Below, in pieces: positions 10,128 to 18,934 of a DNA stretch of 63,072 nt (positions are counted from its first letter, which is position 1; each line of letters starts with the position of its first letter). The notes below the pieces were generated by a model. That model ran no database searches. It was given only the letters and a program-made list of their open reading frames with translations, and was not told the origin of the DNA. The DNA is from a virus (lineage: Duplodnaviria > Caudoviricetes). Where the stretch lies: the IMG/VR virus record IMGVR_UViG_3300025660_000448, positions 1 through 63,072 of that record; one strand, given 5' to 3'. The position numbers and the translations under genes are program-made.

Positions 10128-10390
10128 TGGCTAAAATAGAAAAAGAAAAAACAGATAAAGAAAAGCTTGAGGAATCAGAAGAAAAACTCAAGAAATCAGA
10201 AGAAAAACTTAAGAAATCAGAAGAAAAACTCAAGAAGTCAGAAGAAAAACTCAAGAAAGTGGACGACTATATAGAATTAGAACTAAGAGAAGAAGTAATA
10301 GACCCGGAAAACCCTCCAAATGAAATGGATTTGTTTGCTGATGATGTGACTAAGAATGTTCTTAGAGAAGTTAAGGAGAAAATGAAATAA
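10127..10390 (+). CDS. Small coiled-coil protein with heptad repeats
   Basis: SEEKLKK x4; TAATG coupling to the upstream fibre gene. Confidence 0.6.
   Translation: MAKIEKEKTDKEKLEESEEKLKKSEEKLKKSEEKLKKSEEKLKKVDDYIELELREEVIDPENPPNEMDLFADDVTKNVLREVKEKMK
10175..10258 (+). repeat. 21-bp tandem repeat x4 (TCAGAAGAAAAACTYAAGAAR)
   Basis: Directly visible, in frame. Confidence 0.9.
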
Positions 10391-12250
10391 ATGGCAACTT
10401 TTACGTTTGGTACACTTTCTACTTCAAGGATACAAATAGCTACTGGGACAGGAACAGTAGCCCAGCTATATACAGATTGCGAAGCTGCTTATCCAGCAGG
10501 GATGTCTAACCCCGGAGCGAATATTTATGCACTTGAGGGAAATCGTGAATTGTATTTCAATGCCGGAGTTAATCTTACTTTAAGCGCCGGGGATACTCTT
10601 AGGTGGGATAATCGAACAGCCAGTGATGTTTCAGTTACAATGGCAAGTGGTTCAGTTTTCAATGCAGAGGCAGGCTCAACAATAGATGGAGATTTTTCTG
10701 GTGATGGGACTAATGCTAGATATAGTTCTTTTACTTCCGTTGGAGCCACTAATATTATTGGGACTTTGGGGAATGAAGTTACAGTAAAGCACATTTATAG
10801 GTGGTTATTGTATGGTTACGAAGGAGAAAATCACACTTGGGACCATGTTATCGTTGAAGACGTTGCCTATGGCAATGGTGGTTTGCTTTATCTATTTGCT
10901 ACTCCCCTTCATAAACCATCCCATTCATTAACGAATATAACCTGCCGAGACACAAGAACAGAAACAAATGTTCGTGGTTATGGCTTATATTTCCGTGATG
11001 GGGACTACTCTGATTGTACTTTTGATAATTTTTATGTTGATGGGATAAATGCAACTTATGGCTGTACTTCTGGGACAATAGCAAAAATTACCAATAGCAC
11101 ATTTAGGAATTGTTATGGCTCAGGTGGAACTAAAAACGGCGGATTCTCTAGGCAATTTTACCACGTAAATTCATATGATGCTACTGAACCTTTTCTTAAT
11201 GGAATGAATCAGGGCAAAATGACATTAGAAAATTGCGTGTTCGAAAACAACTATAGGGCAAGGGCAGCTGGCTATTGGTTAGTATATCAAGTCTCTGGGG
11301 GCATAACTAAATTCAAAAATTGTACCTTCCAAGGAACTAGTGGAACGATAACAAGTACTGCACATGATACGTATTTTCAAGCTACTACTGGTTCAACTCA
11401 TTCTACTTGGGAAGTGGGAGATATTGTTCAGAATAATACTGGTGCTGGCGATGATTGGACTGGGACCATTTATTACATAACTAGCACTAAAATTTTTAAA
11501 ATTGCTTTAACTTCAGGCACATATACCACTGTTGACAATGCTGATGGCATACACAATGTTACCAAATCTCAGACTGATTCTTCTCTTACGAAAGCCGATA
11601 TGGTGGAAGCCACTTGTTCCGCATCGCACGGGCTTCTGGATAATATGTATGTGACTATTACTGATACAACAGACTATAATGGCAATGAAGAAATAACAGT
11701 AACAAGTGACACTACTTTTGCATTTGTTGATACTTATGTGTCAGACCAATCTGGTTCTTGGTACACGATTGTAACATATGGAGTGATGTCTTATTATCGT
11801 GCAGCAGTGTTATATGAAGGGACCACTACAAAGACACAGGTTTCAAGCCCATACTATCATTCAACTGGTGGGACTCATTACGACTGTAAAACTCTGACCT
11901 TAACCGTTAAAGACGGAGGCGGAACTGGCATTCAAGATGCCATAGTAAAGGTTAGAGAAACAGACGGAAAGCATCAAGATGTATTTATTACAAATTCATC
12001 TGGAGAGGTTAAAGATATGCTTGGGGATGACCCAGTATTCCCTTGGAGAGAAATTACGAATAATACTGGGACTTCATTTAATAACTGGAGTACTTATGAT
12101 ATTACAATAAGTAAAGCTGGTTATATCACTGACTCAACTACAGGGGTGGATATGACTAGTGACCAGACTTTTGTAAAAACACTCGGCGTAAATCCAGCGG
12201 GAACAACAACCATTCATGACAGTACAATTTATGGTTCAACAATATATTAA
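10391..12250 (+). CDS. Putative tailspike / beta-helix virion protein
   Basis: Recurrent CTFDN, STFRN, CVFEN, CTFQG beta-helix signatures; C-terminal LTVKD..IQDAIV..ITISKAGY Ig-like segment. Confidence 0.55.
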   Translation: MATFTFGTLSTSRIQIATGTGTVAQLYTDCEAAYPAGMSNPGANIYALEGNRELYFNAGVNLTLSAGDTLRWDNRTASDVSVTMASGSVFNAEAGSTIDGDFSGDGTNARYSSFTSVGATNIIGTLGNEVTVKHIYRWLLYGYEGENHTWDHVIVEDVAYGNGGLLYLFATPLHKPSHSLTNITCRDTRTETNVRGYGLYFRDGDYSDCTFDNFYVDGINATYGCTSGTIAKITNSTFRNCYGSGGTKNGGFSRQFYHVNSYDATEPFLNGMNQGKMTLENCVFENNYRARAAGYWLVYQVSGGITKFKNCTFQGTSGTITSTAHDTYFQATTGSTHSTWEVGDIVQNNTGAGDDWTGTIYYITSTKIFKIALTSGTYTTVDNADGIHNVTKSQTDSSLTKADMVEATCSASHGLLDNMYVTITDTTDYNGNEEITVTSDTTFAFVDTYVSDQSGSWYTIVTYGVMSYYRAAVLYEGTTTKTQVSSPYYHSTGGTHYDCKTLTLTVKDGGGTGIQDAIVKVRETDGKHQDVFITNSSGEVKDMLGDDPVFPWREITNNTGTSFNNWSTYDITISKAGYITDSTTGVDMTSDQTFVKTLGVNPAGTTTIHDSTIYGSTIY

Positions 12251-12261
12251 AAGGAAATTAA

Positions 12262-12504
12262 ATGGCAATATTAGAAATTAACATACCAGCCGATAAAGTA
12301 GACAGAGTGTTAGCTGCAATTAAAGGAATTTACCCAATACCACAAATAGAAGACCCGGAAAACCCCGGAGAATATATTAACGAATTTGGTGATTTAGCAT
12401 GGTCAAAAAAGATAGTTATCGACCATCTTAAACGTACTATCAATAGATATGAACGAAAAATAGCTCAAGATGCTATCGTTGTAGAAAATATTGACCTTAG
12501 TTAA
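12262..12504 (+). CDS. Hypothetical protein (tail-module associated)
   Basis: AAGGA RBS, continues the fibre operon. Confidence 0.6.
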   Translation: MAILEINIPADKVDRVLAAIKGIYPIPQIEDPENPGEYINEFGDLAWSKKIVIDHLKRTINRYERKIAQDAIVVENIDLS

Positions 12505-12535
12505 TTTTTTTTAAAAAATATACTATACTAATTTC

Positions 12536-12760
12536 ATGTTAAAAGAATTATACTCACAATACGGCGAAATAATGGTACAGATGGAAGTTCTTCAGGCTAG
12601 ATTGAATCAGGTAAAATCCGCAATCTTTGAGGAATTGAAACCTAAACAGGCAGAACAGGCAGAGCAGACTGAAGCAATGCTGGCACCACCCGAACGAGCA
12701 TCAGGATGTTGTCTTGAAACAAATGGTGTTTGCGGTGGCCCTCCAGCAGTAGAAAACTAA
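12536..12760 (+). CDS. Hypothetical small coiled-coil protein
   Basis: ORF preceded by TACTATAC motif. Confidence 0.5.
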   Translation: MLKELYSQYGEIMVQMEVLQARLNQVKSAIFEELKPKQAEQAEQTEAMLAPPERASGCCLETNGVCGGPPAVEN

Positions 12761-12788
12761 ATTATAGTCCAATCTGAATTTTTTTGAT

Positions 12789-12847
12789 ATTCCGCAATGG
12801 TTCTAGAGTTCATATAACTCATAGAACTTCTAAGACCATTGCGGAAT
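12789..12847. terminator. Long hairpin between convergent genes
   Basis: ATTCCGCAATGGT / ACCATTGCGGAAT 13-bp perfect arms with further imperfect inner pairing. Confidence 0.6.
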
Positions 12848-12855
12848 CGGTGTAA

Positions 12856-13431
12856 CTAAACTATACAAATTATGGCATTATTCCTATACTCATCTAAAGT
12901 TTTTGCATTTAGATAACTCATACTACTTCGCAGTCCATTAATAAATCTTTGTATAACTGAATTTATAGATGGGCCTAAATCTACAAGATATTCCATACCT
13001 TCAACGTAAGTCGGTTTTTCTCCTTTATAATCCAACTGAGTAGAGTAAGAGGCCGCACCTCTAAACACTTTTTTAAGACGCCCATCTATTTTTACAACTC
13101 TTGCAGGACTTTGTGGACATTGAGCGAAGACGCCCCCTAGCATAGTTATATCAGACCACATAAGTGCTTTATTCATATCGGCAGGAGTTTTTATCCCTCC
13201 ATCAGATATCACAATAGCATCCCCAATTTTATTTTCATAAACCTCCATTAATGTACTTACCATTGGACGATAAATTCCCGTTTCAAATCTTGTCGTACAA
13301 GCAGAATTATGGACAACAATTTCATCTTCCACACAGAAAGAATGGTTGTTTTCTACTTCTAAATCATAAACGATTTCGCCTGTTGTGTTATATGAATCTA
13401 TTTTTTCTATTGGTATCAAGTCAAATTGCAT
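12856..13431 (-). CDS. IMPDH/GMP reductase C-terminal half preceded by 42-aa C-intein
   Basis: VYDLEVENNHSF...VVHN then SACTTR, ISDGGI, MLGGVFA, FRGAAS, GLRSSMSY. Confidence 0.93.
   Translation of the reverse strand: MQFDLIPIEKIDSYNTTGEIVYDLEVENNHSFCVEDEIVVHNSACTTRFETGIYRPMVSTLMEVYENKIGDAIVISDGGIKTPADMNKALMWSDITMLGGVFAQCPQSPARVVKIDGRLKKVFRGAASYSTQLDYKGEKPTYVEGMEYLVDLGPSINSVIQRFINGLRSSMSYLNAKTLDEYRNNAIICIV
13306..13431 (-). mobile_element. Split intein, C-fragment (42 aa)
   Basis: Block F VYDLEV, block G HN, +1 Ser. Confidence 0.93.
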
Positions 13432-14353
13432 TGTAATATTCCTGTAAACTATCTAAAACTCGTAAGTTTCCTTCTTTGACATCTTTTTCCCATATATGAA
13501 ACAATTTAAAATTATGTTTTTCTGCAAATTCAATCTTAGTCTTATCTTTATTTTTGTTTTTCATTTGCATGTCATTAAATTCTTTATATATCTTCGGATT
13601 ACCATGCCAATAATCACCTTGAACTTCCAATAAGATTCTTTTAGATTTACACCCGAAATCATATTGTTTATAATCTAATATAACAGAATATTCAAAATCA
13701 TTCAAGCCTCTTTTGATTAATTCATCTTTTACAATTTTTTCTAATTTGTTAATTTTATATTTCTCATGTTTAGTAGCTGCAACCTTTCCTGCTTTAGACC
13801 TTAATGCCTTATATTTTTCCGGGTCTTTTCTAAACAGTTTTTTTTGACTATTAGAAAATAATTTAGAACGAACGACCTTTTCTTCTTTAGTTAAAGACGC
13901 CTGATATACTCTATTTTTTTCTGCTATTCTATCTAAAATACATTGAGGATGCTTTTTGCCATAAAAAGGATTTTTTTCACCTTTAAATTTCCCCTTTAAA
14001 CTTTCAGATAGCTTTCTCAAAGATTCCTTCGTATGTTTTTTACCATAAAAAGGGCTTATGTTACCTTTATTTTTACTTCCTATTTTATCTTTTGTTTCTT
14101 GTGTATGTTTTTTACCATAAAAAGGGTTTCTGTTACCTAAGCTATTGCAATGGCAACATCTAGGAATTTTATTTATTAAATACCAACTAAGAGTTTTTAC
14201 AAAACGAAGCTTTTTACAATCTGGACATTCTGCCTCTATTTTTTTTATATCTTTAAATGTTATTTCAACACCATTTTCTAACAAATAAACATTTTCCCTT
14301 TTTCTAGAATTTTTACTTACAACTCTTGAACCGTTTAAAAATATATGATGCAT
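13421..14353 (-). CDS. Free-standing homing endonuclease (Zn ribbon + NUMOD3 + Vsr/DUF559-like nuclease)
   Basis: NPFYGKKH repeats x3; YDF...LLEVQGDYWHG..D..K...IWE. Confidence 0.88.
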   Translation of the reverse strand: MHHIFLNGSRVVSKNSRKRENVYLLENGVEITFKDIKKIEAECPDCKKLRFVKTLSWYLINKIPRCCHCNSLGNRNPFYGKKHTQETKDKIGSKNKGNISPFYGKKHTKESLRKLSESLKGKFKGEKNPFYGKKHPQCILDRIAEKNRVYQASLTKEEKVVRSKLFSNSQKKLFRKDPEKYKALRSKAGKVAATKHEKYKINKLEKIVKDELIKRGLNDFEYSVILDYKQYDFGCKSKRILLEVQGDYWHGNPKIYKEFNDMQMKNKNKDKTKIEFAEKHNFKLFHIWEKDVKEGNLRVLDSLQEYYNAI

Positions 14354-14384
14354 AAATTTCTCCTATATAAATATTTATGCATCA
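14346..14384 (-). promoter_or_regulatory. Start-codon-masking hairpin with late-promoter-like motif
   Basis: TGATGCATAAAT / ATTTATGCATCA 12-bp stem; 15-nt loop with TATATA and GGAG; ATG 14353 lies in the 3' arm. Confidence 0.8.
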
Positions 14385-14402
14385 AATCAGGATTAACCAT
14401 GG

Positions 14403-14708
14403 CTATTCTTTGATTTTTACAAGAAAAAAGTCTTCAGACAAGTCCTCTGCTGACACCCATTTTGCGTACTTTTCTAAATTAATTTTATTGACTTTATCTT
14501 TATCATTTTTATGAACAACATAAAACTCATGATTTTTTGTACATTTAATTCCATTTACATCTATTATTGTTTCAATTTCTTCCCTTGAAGAAACTCCGAC
14601 CACCTTTTGGTAACTTGAATCATGAGTTAAAACTTCTTCTCCTATCTTAATTTTTTCAATTGATTTTCTACCATTTTTAGTTTTTACTTTTGTACCACTG
14701 ATAAAACA
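14403..14708 (-). mobile_element. Split intein, N-fragment (101 aa)
   Basis: Block A CFISGTKVKT, block B CTKNHEF, ends at a stop codon. Confidence 0.93.
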
Positions 14709-15221
14709 CCCGCCAGCTATTCCTACTCTAATGGCGTGAACACCCAATTGAGATAATTCATTAAACATTTTCGATGAATGCACATTGCCAACTGTCAAAT
14801 AACAATCCCCAACTATCTCTTTGGCTACATTTATCACCCTTCTGGAAGCGCCATTAGCACAATCAATTAAAAAAGAATTACAACCATGTTTTTTTAAAGA
14901 TGTATACCTTTCTTCCCAGTCATTTAGTGGAATAGCACATCCGGCATACCCACCATTTTCAACTACATGATTATAATCTTTAATTTGTTCTTTTACAGAT
15001 TGAAAACGATGTATAAATCCATAACATTTCAATCTAGATAATTCTAAAGCCATTTTGCCATCACACACATCTGGCATAGGGCTTCCAATCATTGGGTAAA
15101 CATAGTGTCCACAAAATTCTACTAGAGGCTCTATATCAGAACGACTGTTTATTTCTGATATTACGTCAGATACAATTCCAATATCATCATACGACAATGA
15201 ACTTTTTTTTTCTATACGCAT
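14403..15221 (-). CDS. IMPDH/GMP reductase N-terminal half fused to 101-aa N-intein
   Basis: LSYDDI, SRSDI, SPMPDV, FIHRF, IDCANG, VGNV, IRVGIAGG then CFISGTKV...CTKNHEFYV. Confidence 0.93.
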   Translation of the reverse strand: MRIEKKSSLSYDDIGIVSDVISEINSRSDIEPLVEFCGHYVYPMIGSPMPDVCDGKMALELSRLKCYGFIHRFQSVKEQIKDYNHVVENGGYAGCAIPLNDWEERYTSLKKHGCNSFLIDCANGASRRVINVAKEIVGDCYLTVGNVHSSKMFNELSQLGVHAIRVGIAGGCFISGTKVKTKNGRKSIEKIKIGEEVLTHDSSYQKVVGVSSREEIETIIDVNGIKCTKNHEFYVVHKNDKDKVNKINLEKYAKWVSAEDLSEDFFLVKIKE

Positions 15222-15667
15222 TCTATATCTCCGTCATCCTCAGACTCATAAATATAAAAACTATCACAATCAAAATCTGTATCTTCGCAATCCTTAAACT
15301 CACTAGAGAGGCTATCATAATCCAACTCTGAAAATGGGGTATACTCTGCCTTATATCCCGCAGTATTTAACTTTTCTACCATGGACTGAGCAGCATCATA
15401 GTTAAAAGAATGAACAACAAATCTTTGGACATCAGGTTTGTTTTTAACTATCCACCTAACAACTTCCATGCCCGTTTCTTTGTTGGATGGGTCAACGTAA
15501 ACTAGCCCTCCCAAATCATGGTCTAAAAACACACATTTAGCAGTTTCTTCTAATTCAAAAAGCAATTGTATCATTTCTTCCGCTGTTGCCGCTAAAACAG
15601 CAGATGGTATATTACTTTTAAACTCGAACAGACGTTTAGGGTTATCATCTAAAAATAAAACTTTCAT
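15212..15667 (-). CDS. Cyclic-phosphate-processing receiver-domain protein
   Basis: LFLDD, LDHDLG, TGMEVVRWI, VHSFN motif series. Confidence 0.75.
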   Translation of the reverse strand: MKVLFLDDNPKRLFEFKSNIPSAVLAATAEEMIQLLFELEETAKCVFLDHDLGGLVYVDPSNKETGMEVVRWIVKNKPDVQRFVVHSFNYDAAQSMVEKLNTAGYKAEYTPFSELDYDSLSSEFKDCEDTDFDCDSFYIYESEDDGDIECV

Positions 15668-15670
15668 TTA

Positions 15671-16222
15671 TTAAGCCTCAATAGGAAATTTTTTTCTTAT
15701 AAGTTTTACAATAACTTCAGCATCTTCTAACGCTGTATGTGCTGGTTCGCCTTCTATCCCCGCTCTCTTCATACATTCTAAAGTATCTGGTATCTTTATG
15801 TCCCCCGGTTCCCAATAAAGGATTGCAGGGTCTAAAACACGACTTGATATATGTAGATTAAAACGAGGAAGCTTTCTGAGGAATTGTAAATCAAAAGCGC
15901 CAAAACATTTTCCGGCTGCTGTTATTGACCCTTTTACCCCATTTTCTTCCAACCAACCTACAAACTTTTTTCCAAAATGTTTAGGTTCAATATATGAATA
16001 TGGCTTTTCTTTTGTAGCAATACGACGAAGAATAACAGGGTGCATAGACAATGCATATGGATGTCCTATAAGTTCGTCATAAGTAAAATAAGTATGAAAC
16101 CTAGGTAATTCTTCAATGGGCTTCTGGTCCATAAGGTCATCTATAATTGCCCCAACTTCCAAAATCTGGTGAGTGTCGTGGTCAATTCCTGTTGTTTCAA
16201 TATCTATCGAAATTATTTTCAT
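15671..16222 (-). CDS. DEDDh 3'-5' exonuclease
   Basis: SIDIETTG, FDLQFL, HTALEDA. Confidence 0.88.
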   Translation of the reverse strand: MKIISIDIETTGIDHDTHQILEVGAIIDDLMDQKPIEELPRFHTYFTYDELIGHPYALSMHPVILRRIATKEKPYSYIEPKHFGKKFVGWLEENGVKGSITAAGKCFGAFDLQFLRKLPRFNLHISSRVLDPAILYWEPGDIKIPDTLECMKRAGIEGEPAHTALEDAEVIVKLIRKKFPIEA

Positions 16223-16231
16223 AGGTTATCC

Positions 16232-17068
16232 TTAGTAATCAGTAGTAATAGTCAAATGGAAATTATTATCACATGATTTCCTGTTTAGCCACAGCCAATA
16301 ATCTACAACACTTGGATTCTTTCCAGATTTTTCACAGAGCGTTTTACACGCAGCAATCATAGATGCTCGTATCTCACACTCCATAAGAGAACCAGAAGGA
16401 ATTAATATTCCTTCATCTATAATATTTTTCAATTCATCACTATACTGCAAAATCCCCATGTGTTCTAACATCTTGGGAATCTGATAATCGGCGGGAACTG
16501 GCAGCATGTCAACTTGTGATTTAAACATGTCAGATTTTCTTGCAACTTGCATAAAGAATAATGATGCTCGTTTCAAAAACATATCATTTGCATAACCCGG
16601 ATAAACAAGAACACTTTCTAAACAGTCCTCTAAATCATCTCGGGCATCATATAATTGGACCGCTACCATTTTGTAATCTGTATATAATAACTCCATCAAA
16701 TGAGATGAACGTTCGCTCATAAGAGGGAACCTACTTAAAGATAATGCTGAGATAAGGTTCGGTATAACATCTACTCCACTCGGGTCATATACCTCATTTA
16801 AAACGTCATACATAGCCCATGCGTTAGCACCACATGGTCTTATCTTAGAAGACCCATACCAATAACAATAATTAATTGCACCAGCTATAAGTTCATATTC
16901 TAACAACTCAATATCATTACTGACTTTCGGAGGAAGAGCTTCATTTTTTATTTCCACTTCCTTCAATTTGTCAATCCAAGATTCAATTGCTAAATTACTA
17001 ATTTCTACATATTTTGGATTCTTAGTAAACTGACCGACTAAATCCCATACGTTTTCTAGAGCTTTCAT
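16232..17068 (-). CDS. Queuosine salvage N-glycosylase-like protein (Qng1/DUF2419)
   Basis: INYCYW, LKRASLF, ADYQIPKML..MGILQYS, ECEIRA, DYWLW, C-terminal HLTITTDY. Confidence 0.85.
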   Translation of the reverse strand: MKALENVWDLVGQFTKNPKYVEISNLAIESWIDKLKEVEIKNEALPPKVSNDIELLEYELIAGAINYCYWYGSSKIRPCGANAWAMYDVLNEVYDPSGVDVIPNLISALSLSRFPLMSERSSHLMELLYTDYKMVAVQLYDARDDLEDCLESVLVYPGYANDMFLKRASLFFMQVARKSDMFKSQVDMLPVPADYQIPKMLEHMGILQYSDELKNIIDEGILIPSGSLMECEIRASMIAACKTLCEKSGKNPSVVDYWLWLNRKSCDNNFHLTITTDY

Positions 17069-17325
17069 ATTTGTGCCTTATATCCTAAACATTCTTGTTT
17101 ATCACTCACATTAACTCGATAGCTAACCCCACAATAAGGAGAAGAGATAAGAATAAATCCTCTTTTGGCTCGTTCTTTGTCATATGTTTCTGTGGTCATA
17201 TCACCAACTGGCATTGGTTCATCACAAAAGGGAACAAGTTCTTCTTTGGCTTTTTCAATTGCTGCTAAAAGCTCATGTAATAGTTGTTCTGATATTTGTA
17301 TTTCGGCATTCTTAACATGTATCAT
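17065..17325 (-). CDS. Hypothetical protein
   Basis: ATGA overlaps with both neighbours (start moved to 17325). Confidence 0.6.
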   Translation of the reverse strand: MIHVKNAEIQISEQLLHELLAAIEKAKEELVPFCDEPMPVGDMTTETYDKERAKRGFILISSPYCGVSYRVNVSDKQECLGYKAQI

Positions 17326-17501
17326 TTTTGCTCCCACTCACCATAATGCATATCAAGTTCTTTAAATAGCTCTTGAGCCTCTTCCCAAGATATGTTACCA
17401 GATTTATTTTCTTCATTGATACGATTTATGGCTTCATCTATTCCTATTGTTTCATTATTCAGATTTTCCCATAATTCATTTTTTAAATCTTCTATGTTCA
17501 T
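17322..17501 (-). CDS. Small acidic hypothetical protein (59 aa, not in ORF track)
   Basis: MNIEDLKNELWENLNNETIGIDEAIN...GEWEQK*, GGAG RBS, ATGA coupling to the next gene. Confidence 0.7.
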   Translation of the reverse strand: MNIEDLKNELWENLNNETIGIDEAINRINEENKSGNISWEEAQELFKELDMHYGEWEQK

Positions 17502-17602
17502 TTTATTTCTCCATCTTAATTTTAGAAAATTATACTTACAATTACATAATTATAAAAAATAACACAAAAAAAGCAACTATATTTTCATAAAAATATCAAA
17601 CA

Positions 17603-17655
17603 TACTCATATATAATGAGGGATAATAAAAGATAACAAAGGATAATATATGATAA
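17603..17655 (+). promoter_or_regulatory. Endonuclease-locus leader: TCATATAT/ATATATGA stem plus four GATAA repeats at 10-bp period
   Basis: GATAA at 17621, 17631, 17641, 17651; stem 17606-17613 / 17645-17652 covers ATG 17649. Confidence 0.65.
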
Positions 17656-17831
17656 AAATAAAATGTGAAAAATACTATACTCCACAAGAAGTAGCTGAAA
17701 AATTTAACGTGAGCACAAATACCGTTGCTAGGTGGAGAAAAAATGGAAAATTATCTGCCCATAACATTAGCGAAAGAAAATTTATGTATTCTGAAACAAG
17801 TATAGAAAAATTCATCACGGGGAACAAATGA
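17649..17831 (+). CDS. Small excisionase/MerR-type HTH protein
   Basis: YYTPQEVAEKFNVSTNTVARWRKNGKL. Confidence 0.8.
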   Translation: MIKIKCEKYYTPQEVAEKFNVSTNTVARWRKNGKLSAHNISERKFMYSETSIEKFITGNK

Positions 17832-18934
17832 TAATAAATGGAAAAGAATACTTAAAACCTAAAGAAGAGCACCGTCTGACAAAAAGCAGTATAAACAAAA
17901 GAATCCTATCTAAAAATATACAACTAATAGGCAGCTTCAAAGGGGTCCATACAACATCTACATTCAAATGTTTAGTTTGCGGACATACAAGAAATATGGC
18001 AACAGTAAATGTTTTATATGAAAATTACAAATGCAAACAATGCAAACTAAACAAAGAAAAAGAAAATGTTAATAATAAACTTATGTCCAAGTCATTTAAA
18101 TTAACAGAAACATTTAAAGGAAACACAAAAAAACAAAATATAACATGTATGAAATGTAATTATATATTTCATGTAGCTCCAAGGAGAATTTTAGAAAGCG
18201 ACAGAAAATGTCCTAAATGCTCTACAAGGGCTGCTAGAACTCAAAAACGATTTGAAAATAAAATAAAAAAATTAAAAATAATAATGCTGTCTGCTTATAA
18301 AAATGGAAAAACTAAAGTAAAAATAAAATGCACAAAATGTAACACAATATCACAACCTACCCCAACTAACCTATTAAGACCGGGAGCCGGTTGTCGCCAT
18401 TGCTCGATAATTATACCATTAAATATTGCTAAAAAAAGATTATCGAAAAAGAAAATAGACATTCTCCAATATATTAGCTTCTCTGAAAAAGCTCTGTTGC
18501 GATGTGAGAAATGTCAATATATTTGGAAAGCGTCCCCAGACCAAATCTTTCATACCTCTGGATGCCCTGTGTGTAACGCTAGAAAAAACGAGAAATTGAC
18601 ACTTAAATACCTAAAAGAAATGTTAAAAAATATTACTATTGAATATCAATATAGCGTAAAATATGATATTAAAAAAAGATTTATTATAGATTATGCTTTT
18701 AAAACAAAAAATAAACAATATTACGTAGAATACAATGGGGTACAACACTATAAACCAGTTAAATTTTTTGGTGGCGAAAAAAGATTTAAAAAACAAAAAT
18801 CAAGAGATGAAAATCTTATGAAATATTGTATAAATAATAATATAATATTGATAGAAATAGATGGAAGAAAATATACAGATGATAAAATTAAGACTTACTT
18901 AAAAAATAAACTTTCTTCCTATAATTTAATCTAA
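17828..18934 (+). CDS. Putative homing endonuclease: CxxC zinc-ribbon repeats + C-terminal PD-(D/E)xK/Vsr-like nuclease
   Basis: Eight CxxC pairs; IDYAF...YVEYNGVQHY...RD..K.YC..NNI.LIEI; opposite strand to flanking genes. Confidence 0.8.
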   Translation: MIINGKEYLKPKEEHRLTKSSINKRILSKNIQLIGSFKGVHTTSTFKCLVCGHTRNMATVNVLYENYKCKQCKLNKEKENVNNKLMSKSFKLTETFKGNTKKQNITCMKCNYIFHVAPRRILESDRKCPKCSTRAARTQKRFENKIKKLKIIMLSAYKNGKTKVKIKCTKCNTISQPTPTNLLRPGAGCRHCSIIIPLNIAKKRLSKKKIDILQYISFSEKALLRCEKCQYIWKASPDQIFHTSGCPVCNARKNEKLTLKYLKEMLKNITIEYQYSVKYDIKKRFIIDYAFKTKNKQYYVEYNGVQHYKPVKFFGGEKRFKKQKSRDENLMKYCINNNIILIEIDGRKYTDDKIKTYLKNKLSSYNLI

